A stretch of 64,000 nt of DNA from Escherichia coli. Lineage in GTDB: Bacteria; Pseudomonadota; Gammaproteobacteria; Enterobacterales; Enterobacteriaceae. Both the position numbers and the translations under genes were made by a program. Each line of letters begins with the position of its first letter. The stretch's first letter is position 1. The notes beneath the pieces are model-generated. The model was given only the letters and a program-made list of their open reading frames with translations. It was not told where the DNA came from and made no database searches. The stretch lies in the NCBI RefSeq assembly GCF_024298765.1, contig NZ_CP101210.1; one strand, 5' to 3'. Of this stretch, positions 55,978 to 64,000 are shown in pieces.

Positions 55978-57450
55978 ATGTCATCGTTGCAAATTTTGCA
56001 AGGCACGTTTCGTCTTAGCGACACAAAAACGCTGCAATTGCCTCAGCTAACGTTAAACGCGGGTGATAGTTGGGCGTTTGTCGGTTCGAATGGAAGCGGG
56101 AAATCGGCGCTGGCCCGCGCGCAGGCGGGGGAACTTCCGCTTTTGAAAGGTGAACGGCAAAGCCAGTTTTCCCACATCACTCGTCTCTCCTTCGAGCAAT
56201 TGCAAAAGCTCGTCAGCGACGAATGGCAGCGGAATAACACCGATATGCTCGGCCCTGGCGAAGATGACACCGGGCGTACCACGGCTGAAATCATTCAGGA
56301 TGAAGTAAAGGATGCACCGCGTTGCATGCAACTGGCGCAGCAGTTCGGTATTACCGCCCTCCTCGACCGACGCTTTAAATACCTTTCCACTGGCGAGACG
56401 CGAAAAACCCTGCTGTGTCAGGCGCTGATGTCGGAGCCTGACTTGTTGATTCTTGATGAGCCGTTCGATGGCCTGGATGTTGCCTCACGTCAGCAGCTGG
56501 CTGAGCTACTCGCCTCGTTACATCAGTCCGGTATTACTCTGGTACTGGTGCTCAATCGCTTCGATGAGATCCCGGAATTTGTCCAGTTTGCTGGCGTGCT
56601 GGCGGATTGTACGTTAGCGGAAACGGGCGCTAAAGAGGAACTGCTCCAGCAAGCACTCGTCGCGCAACTGGCACATAGCGAACAGCTTGAAGGTGTGCAA
56701 CTGCCGGAGCCGGATGAACCTTCAGCACGTCACGCCTTACCCGCCAACGAACCGCGCATTGTGCTGAACAACGGCGTGGTTTCTTATAACGATCGCCCCA
56801 TTCTTAATAACCTTAGCTGGCAGGTGAATCCAGGCGAGCACTGGCAAATTGTCGGGCCAAATGGCGCGGGAAAATCGACGTTATTAAGCCTGATTACTGG
56901 CGATCATCCGCAAGGTTACAGCAACGATTTGACGCTTTTCGGACGACGTCGCGGCAGCGGCGAAACCATCTGGGATATCAAAAAGCATATCGGTTACGTC
57001 AGCAGTAGTTTGCATCTGGATTACCGGGTCAGCACTACCGTGCGTAATGTGATCCTTTCTGGCTATTTTGATTCGATTGGCATTTATCAGGCCGTTTCGG
57101 ATCGCCAGCAAAAACTGGTGCAGCAGTGGCTGGATATTCTCGGCATTGATAAACGCACGGCTGACGCTCCGTTCCATAGTCTTTCCTGGGGACAGCAGCG
57201 TCTGGCGCTGATCGTCCGCGCGCTGGTGAAACATCCGACGTTGCTTATTCTCGATGAACCACTACAGGGGCTTGATCCGCTCAATCGCCAGCTTATCCGC
57301 CGGTTTGTTGATGTGCTGATTAGCGAAGGTGAAACGCAATTGTTGTTTGTTTCGCACCATGCTGAAGATGCGCCTGCCTGTATTACCCATCGTCTTGAGT
57401 TCGTGCCGGACGGTGACTTTTATCGCTATGCGCTGACAAAAATAAACTGA
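55978..57450 (+). CDS. modF: ABC-type ATPase ModF (two ATP-binding cassettes)
   Basis: ORF 55966..57450; start MSSLQILQGTFRLSD...; two Walker A motifs GSNGSGKS and GPNGAGKST. Confidence 0.9.
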   Translation: MSSLQILQGTFRLSDTKTLQLPQLTLNAGDSWAFVGSNGSGKSALARAQAGELPLLKGERQSQFSHITRLSFEQLQKLVSDEWQRNNTDMLGPGEDDTGRTTAEIIQDEVKDAPRCMQLAQQFGITALLDRRFKYLSTGETRKTLLCQALMSEPDLLILDEPFDGLDVASRQQLAELLASLHQSGITLVLVLNRFDEIPEFVQFAGVLADCTLAETGAKEELLQQALVAQLAHSEQLEGVQLPEPDEPSARHALPANEPRIVLNNGVVSYNDRPILNNLSWQVNPGEHWQIVGPNGAGKSTLLSLITGDHPQGYSNDLTLFGRRRGSGETIWDIKKHIGYVSSSLHLDYRVSTTVRNVILSGYFDSIGIYQAVSDRQQKLVQQWLDILGIDKRTADAPFHSLSWGQQRLALIVRALVKHPTLLILDEPLQGLDPLNRQLIRRFVDVLISEGETQLLFVSHHAEDAPACITHRLEFVPDGDFYRYALTKIN

Positions 57451-57464
57451 GTCGGTAATGCTGA

Positions 57465-57525
57465 CTGTACCGGAGGCGGCCTAAGCGCCCTCTCCGGCCT
57501 ACAGTTCGACGCATCCAGGCATGAA
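57465..57525. repeat. REP element
   Basis: ggaggcggcctaagcgccctctccggcctacagttcgacgcatccagg. Confidence 0.6.
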
Positions 57526-57615
57526 ACCGCGACTTTTTTCAGATAAAAAGCTCAATCATTCATAAACCCTCTGTTTTATAATCCATTAATGGCGCATAAA
57601 AAACGGCTAAATTCT

Positions 57616-57631
57616 TGTGTAAACGATTCCA
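57616..57631. promoter_or_regulatory. gal operator OE (GalR/GalS site) within the galP1/P2 promoter region
   Basis: gtgtaaacgattccac upstream of galE; a second operator-like gtggtagcggttacat lies inside galE near 57728. Confidence 0.75.
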
Positions 57632-57710
57632 CTAATTTATTCCATGTCACACTTTTCGCATCTTTGTTATGCTATGGTTATTTCATACCATAAGCCTAAT
57701 GGAGCGAATT

Positions 57711-58727
57711 ATGAGAGTTCTGGTTACCGGTGGTAGCGGTTACATTGGAAGTCATACCTGTGTGCAATTACTGCAAAACGGTCATGATGTCATCATTCTT
57801 GATAACCTCTGTAACAGTAAGCGCAGCGTACTGCCTGTTATCGAGCGTTTAGGCGGCAAACATCCAACGTTTGTTGAAGGCGATATCCGTAACGAAGCGT
57901 TGATGACCGAGATCCTGCACGATCACGCTATCGACACTGTGATCCACTTCGCCGGGCTGAAAGCCGTTGGCGAATCGGTACAAAAACCGCTTGAATATTA
58001 CGACAACAATGTCAACGGTACCCTGCGCCTGATTAGCGCCATGCGCGCCGCGAACGTCAAAAACTTTATTTTTAGCTCCTCCGCCACCGTCTATGGCGAT
58101 CAGCCCAAAATTCCATACGTTGAAAGCTTCCCGACCGGCACACCGCAAAGCCCTTACGGCAAAAGCAAACTGATGGTGGAACAGATCCTCACCGATCTGC
58201 AAAAAGCCCAGCCGGACTGGAGCATTGCCCTGCTGCGCTACTTCAACCCGGTTGGCGCGCATCCGTCGGGCGATATGGGCGAAGATCCGCAAGGCATTCC
58301 GAATAACCTGATGCCATACATCGCCCAGGTTGCTGTAGGCCGTCGCGACTCGCTGGCGATTTTTGGTAACGATTATCCGACCGAAGACGGTACTGGCGTA
58401 CGCGATTACATCCACGTAATGGATCTGGCGGACGGTCACGTCGTGGCGATGGAAAAACTGGCGAACAAGCCAGGCGTACACATCTATAACCTCGGCGCTG
58501 GCGTAGGCAGCAGCGTGCTGGACGTGGTTAATGCCTTCAGCAAAGCCTGCGGCAAACCGGTTAATTATCATTTTGCACCGCGTCGCGAGGGCGACCTTCC
58601 GGCCTACTGGGCGGACGCCAGCAAAGCCGACCGTGAACTGAACTGGCGCGTAACGCGCACACTCGATGAAATGGCGCAGGACACCTGGCACTGGCAGTCA
58701 CGCCATCCACAGGGATATCCCGATTAA
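57711..58727 (+). CDS. galE: UDP-glucose 4-epimerase
   Basis: ORF 57669..58727; start MRVLVTGGSGYIGSH (Rossmann motif) gives 338 aa. Confidence 0.95.
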   Translation: MRVLVTGGSGYIGSHTCVQLLQNGHDVIILDNLCNSKRSVLPVIERLGGKHPTFVEGDIRNEALMTEILHDHAIDTVIHFAGLKAVGESVQKPLEYYDNNVNGTLRLISAMRAANVKNFIFSSSATVYGDQPKIPYVESFPTGTPQSPYGKSKLMVEQILTDLQKAQPDWSIALLRYFNPVGAHPSGDMGEDPQGIPNNLMPYIAQVAVGRRDSLAIFGNDYPTEDGTGVRDYIHVMDLADGHVVAMEKLANKPGVHIYNLGAGVGSSVLDVVNAFSKACGKPVNYHFAPRREGDLPAYWADASKADRELNWRVTRTLDEMAQDTWHWQSRHPQGYPD

Positions 58728-58736
58728 GGAACGACC

Positions 58737-59783
58737 ATGACGCAATTTAATCCCGTTGATCATCCACATCGCCGCTACAACCCGCTCACCGGGCAATGGA
58801 TTCTGGTTTCACCGCACCGCGCTAAGCGCCCCTGGCAGGGGGCGCAGGAAACGCCAGCCAAACAGGTGTTACCTGCTCATGATCCAGATTGCTTCCTCTG
58901 CGCAGGTAATGTGCGGGTGACAGGCGATAAAAACCCCGATTACACCGGGACTTACGTTTTCACTAATGACTTTGCGGCTTTGATGTCTGACACACCAGAT
59001 GCGCCGGAAAGTCACGATCCGCTGATGCGTTGCCAGAGCGCGCGTGGCACCAGTCGGGTGATCTGCTTTTCACCGGATCACAGCAAAACGTTGCCAGAAC
59101 TCAGCGTTGCGGCATTGACGGAAATCGTCAAAACCTGGCAGGAGCAAACCGCAGAACTGGGGAAAACGTACCCATGGGTGCAGGTCTTTGAAAACAAAGG
59201 CGCGGCGATGGGCTGCTCTAACCCGCATCCGCACGGACAGATTTGGGCAAATAGCTTCCTGCCTAACGAAGCTGAGCGCGAAGACCGTCTGCAAAAAGAA
59301 TATTTCGCCGAACAGAAATCGCCAATGCTGGTGGATTATGTTCAGCGCGAGCTGGCAGACGGTAGCCGTACCGTTGTCGAAACCGAACACTGGTTAGCCG
59401 TTGTACCTTACTGGGCTGCCTGGCCGTTCGAAACGCTACTGCTGCCCAAAGCCCACGTTTTACGGATCACCGATTTGACCGACGCCCAGCGCAGCGATTT
59501 GGCACTGGCGTTGAAAAAGCTGACCAGTCGTTATGACAACCTCTTCCAGTGCTCCTTCCCCTACTCTATGGGCTGGCACGGCGCGCCATTTAATGGCGAA
59601 GAGAATCAACACTGGCAGCTGCACGCGCACTTTTATCCGCCTCTGTTGCGCTCTGCCACCGTACGTAAATTTATGGTTGGTTATGAAATGCTGGCAGAAA
59701 CCCAGCGAGACCTGACCGCAGAACAGGCCGCAGAGCGTTTGCGCGCAGTCAGCGATATCCATTTTCGCGAATCCGGAGTGTAA
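58737..59783 (+). CDS. galT: galactose-1-phosphate uridylyltransferase
   Basis: 348 aa, HPHGQ active-site motif. Confidence 0.95.
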
Positions 59784-59786
59784 GAA

Positions 59787-60935
59787 ATGAGTCTGAAAGA
59801 AAAAACACAATCTCTGTTTGCCAACGCATTTGGCTACCCTGCCACTCACACCATTCAGGCGCCTGGCCGCGTGAATTTGATTGGTGAACACACCGACTAC
59901 AACGACGGTTTCGTTCTGCCCTGCGCGATTGATTATCAAACCGTGATCAGTTGTGCACCACGCGATGACCGTAAAGTTCGCGTGATGGCAGCCGATTATG
60001 AAAATCAGCTCGACGAGTTTTCCCTCGATGCGACCATTGTCGCGCATGAAAACTATCAATGGGCTAACTACGTTCGTGGCGTGGTGAAACATCTGCAACT
60101 GCGTAACAACAGCTTCGGCGGCGTGGACATGGTGATCAGCGGCAATGTGCCGCAGGGTGCCGGGTTAAGTTCTTCCGCTTCACTGGAAGTCGCGGTCGGA
60201 ACCGTATTGCAGCAGCTTTATCATTTGCCGCTGGACGGCGCACAAATCGCGCTTAACGGTCAGGAAGCAGAAAACCAGTTTGTTGGCTGTAACTGCGGGA
60301 TCATGGATCAGCTAATTTCCGCACTCGGCAAGAAAGATCATGCCTTGCTGATTGACTGCCGCTCACTGGGGACTAAAGCAGTTTCCATGCCGAAAGGTGT
60401 GGCTGTCGTCATCATTAACAGTAACTTCAAACGTACCCTGGTTGGCAGCGAATACAACACCCGTCGTGAACAGTGCGAAACTGGTGCGCGTTTCTTCCAG
60501 CAGCCAGCGCTGCGCGATGTCACCATTGAAGAGTTCAACGCTGTTGCGCATGAACTGGACCCAATCGTGGCGAAACGCGTGCGTCATATCCTGACTGAAA
60601 ACGCCCGCACCGTTGAAGCTGCCAGCGCACTGGAGCAAGGCGACCTGAAACGTATGGGCGAGTTGATGGCGGAGTCTCATGCCTCTATGCGCGATGATTT
60701 CGAAATCACCGTGCCGCAAATTGACACTCTGGTAGAAATCGTCAAAGCTGTGATTGGCGACAAAGGTGGCGTACGCATGACCGGCGGCGGATTTGGCGGC
60801 TGTATCGTCGCGCTGATCCCGGAAGAGCTGGTGCCTGCCGTACAGCAAGCTGTCGCTGAACAATATGAAGCAAAAACAGGTATTAAAGAGACTTTTTACG
60901 TTTGTAAACCATCACAAGGAGCAGGACAGTGCTGA
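59787..60935 (+). CDS. galK: galactokinase
   Basis: 382 aa, GHMP-kinase motif [15 protein letters not shown]. Confidence 0.95.
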   Translation: MSLKEKTQSLFANAFGYPATHTIQAPGRVNLIGEHTDYNDGFVLPCAIDYQTVISCAPRDDRKVRVMAADYENQLDEFSLDATIVAHENYQWANYVRGVVKHLQLRNNSFGGVDMVISGNVPQGAGLSSSASLEVAVGTVLQQLYHLPLDGAQIALNGQEAENQFVGCNCGIMDQLISALGKKDHALLIDCRSLGTKAVSMPKGVAVVIINSNFKRTLVGSEYNTRREQCETGARFFQQPALRDVTIEEFNAVAHELDPIVAKRVRHILTENARTVEAASALEQGDLKRMGELMAESHASMRDDFEITVPQIDTLVEIVKAVIGDKGGVRMTGGGFGGCIVALIPEELVPAVQQAVAEQYEAKTGIKETFYVCKPSQGAGQC

Positions 60936-61969
60936 ACGAAACTCCCGCACTGGCACCCGATGGTCAGCCGTACCGACTGTTAACTTTGCGTAACAACGCA
61001 GGGATGGTAGTCACGCTGATGGACTGGGGTGCGACTTTACTTTCCGCCCGTATTCCGTTTTCCGATGGCAGCGTCCGCGAGGCGCTGCTCGGCTGTGCCA
61101 GCCCGGAATGCTATCAGGATCAGGCCGCATTTCTGGGGGCCTCTATTGGTCGTTATGCCAACCGTATCGCCAATAGCCGTTATACCTTTGACGGTGAAAC
61201 CGTGACGCTTTCACCAAGTCAGGGCGTTAACCAGCTGCACGGCGGCCCGGAAGGGTTCGACAAACGTCGCTGGCAGATTGTGAACCAGAACGATCGTCAG
61301 GTGCTGTTTGCCCTGAGTTCAGATGATGGCGATCAGGGCTTCCCGGGTAATCTCGGAGCGACGGTACAATATCGTCTGACCGACGATAACCGTATCTCTA
61401 TTACTTATCGCGCCACAGTTGATAAACCTTGCCCGGTGAATATGACTAATCACGTCTATTTCAATCTTGACGGCGAGCAGTCTGACGTGCGCAATCACAA
61501 GTTGCAGATTCTGGCGGACGAATATCTGCCGGTTGATGAAGGCGGCATTCCCCACGACGGCCTGAAATCTGTCGCCGGAACGTCTTTTGATTTCCGCAGC
61601 GCCAAAATCATCGCCAGTGAGTTTCTTGCCGACGACGATCAGCGCAAAGTGAAAGGTTACGATCACGCGTTCTTGTTACAGGCCAAAGGCGATGGCAAGA
61701 AAGTGGCGGCGCATGTCTGGTCAGCAGATGAAAAATTGCAGCTGAAGGTCTACACCACCGCTCCGGCTCTGCAATTCTACTCCGGCAACTACCTCGGCGG
61801 CACACCGTCGCGGGGAACCGAACCTTACACCGACTGGCAAGGGCTGGCGTTGGAAAGCGAGTTTCTGCCGGACAGCCCGAACCACCCTGAATGGCCGCAA
61901 CCGGACTGTTTCCTGCGTCCTGGCGAAGAGTATTCCAGCCTGACGGAATATCAGTTTATTGCTCAGTAA
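60929..61969 (+). CDS. galM: galactose mutarotase (aldose 1-epimerase)
   Basis: 346 aa [39 protein letters not shown]... Confidence 0.95.
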   Translation: MLNETPALAPDGQPYRLLTLRNNAGMVVTLMDWGATLLSARIPFSDGSVREALLGCASPECYQDQAAFLGASIGRYANRIANSRYTFDGETVTLSPSQGVNQLHGGPEGFDKRRWQIVNQNDRQVLFALSSDDGDQGFPGNLGATVQYRLTDDNRISITYRATVDKPCPVNMTNHVYFNLDGEQSDVRNHKLQILADEYLPVDEGGIPHDGLKSVAGTSFDFRSAKIIASEFLADDDQRKVKGYDHAFLLQAKGDGKKVAAHVWSADEKLQLKVYTTAPALQFYSGNYLGGTPSRGTEPYTDWQGLALESEFLPDSPNHPEWPQPDCFLRPGEEYSSLTEYQFIAQ

Positions 61970-62171
61970 TGTTAAGCCCTCGTCATGAGGGCTTTATCTT
62001 CATATTGTTCAAATCACCAGCAAACACCGACATATTTGCAACTCAATATTCACAACAACCTTACACTGCGACACTATTTTCGCTATGGTTATGCGTAAGC
62101 ATTGCTGTTGCTTCGTCACGGCAATATAATGAGAATTATTATCATTAAAAGATGATTTGAGGAGTAAGTAT

Positions 62172-62924
62172 ATGGCTGTAACTAAGCTGGTTCTGGTTCG
62201 TCATGGCGAAAGTCAGTGGAACAAAGAAAACCGTTTCACCGGTTGGTACGACGTGGATCTGTCTGAGAAAGGCGTAAGCGAAGCAAAAGCAGCAGGTAAG
62301 CTGCTGAAAGAGGAAGGTTACAGCTTTGACTTTGCTTACACCTCTGTGCTGAAACGCGCTATCCATACCCTGTGGAATGTGCTGGACGAACTGGATCAGG
62401 CATGGCTGCCCGTTGAGAAATCCTGGAAACTGAACGAACGTCACTACGGTGCGTTGCAGGGTCTGAACAAAGCAGAAACCGCTGAAAAGTATGGCGACGA
62501 GCAGGTGAAACAGTGGCGTCGTGGTTTTGCAGTGACTCCGCCGGAACTGACTAAAGATGATGAGCGTTATCCGGGTCACGATCCACGTTACGCGAAGCTG
62601 AGCGAGAAAGAACTGCCGCTGACGGAAAGCCTGGCGCTGACCATTGACCGCGTGATCCCTTACTGGAATGAAACCATTCTGCCGCGTATGAAGAGCGGTG
62701 AGCGCGTAATCATCGCTGCACACGGTAACTCGTTACGTGCGCTGGTGAAATATCTTGATAACATGAGCGAAGAAGAGATTCTTGAGCTGAATATCCCGAC
62801 CGGCGTGCCGCTGGTTTATGAGTTTGACGAGAACTTCAAACCGCTGAAACGCTATTATCTGGGTAATGCTGACGAGATCGCGGCGAAAGCAGCAGCCGTT
62901 GCGAACCAGGGTAAAGCGAAGTAA
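62172..62924 (+). CDS. gpmA: 2,3-bisphosphoglycerate-dependent phosphoglycerate mutase
   Basis: ORF 62157..62924; start [17 protein letters not shown] (RHGE catalytic motif) gives 250 aa. Confidence 0.95.
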
Positions 62925-62944
62925 ACGTCATTCGTTTAAAAATG

Positions 62945-62980
62945 AGAAAGCCGACTGCAAGTGAGTCGGCTTTTTTGTTT
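62945..62980. terminator. bidirectional rho-independent terminator between gpmA and aroG
   Basis: aaagccgactgcaagtgagtcggcttttttg. Confidence 0.6.
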
Positions 62981-63071
62981 GTCGTTGCTAACAATGGAGC
63001 ACATTGCCTGATGCTACGCTGCGCGTCTTATCAGGGCTGCAAACGTACAGTCATGGCGATTCGACTATAAA

Positions 63072-64000
<929 letters not shown>

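Noticed and set aside
57849-58691. 280-aa minus-strand ORF inside galE (similar antisense ORFs lie in ybhA, modF and galK)
   Set aside because: Antisense to conserved housekeeping genes; long open antisense frames are expected here.

Overview
The window is an Escherichia coli chromosomal segment, reverse-complemented relative to the usual K-12 orientation. Positions 1 to about 42532 are a lambda-like prophage sitting at the classical lambda attachment site; positions 42533-64000 are host genes (ybhC-ybhJ-ybhI-ybhH-ybhD-pgl-ybhA-modCBA-acrZ-modEF-galETKM-gpmA-aroG). All identifications are from reading the sequence and recalling lambda and K-12 proteins; no database search was run. The prophage is mosaic: lambda-type tail, head, terminase, recombination and immunity genes, but a phage-21/82/DLP12-like late region (RusA, 82-type Q, Lc/NmpC-like porin, pinholin, SAR endolysin) and several morons. 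The main finding is a roughly 10.9 kb integrative, satellite/PICI-like element (about 5870-16763) inserted in frame inside the prophage major capsid gene E, flanked by a 10-bp direct repeat TGCTTGGGTT. It carries a P4-type integrase, two AlpA-like regulators, a primase-helicase beside an iteron origin, an SSB-like protein, its own gpE-like capsid and gpD-like decoration genes, a chimeric Nu1-like small terminase, a cos site with helper-identical cosB but altered cosN, and AT-rich cargo genes. Other points of interest are a NYN-domain gene in place of rexAB and an opposite-strand zinc-ribbon gene in the sieB/ral position. Coordinates taken from the ORF track are exact; those I counted from the printed sequence may be off by 1-2 bp.
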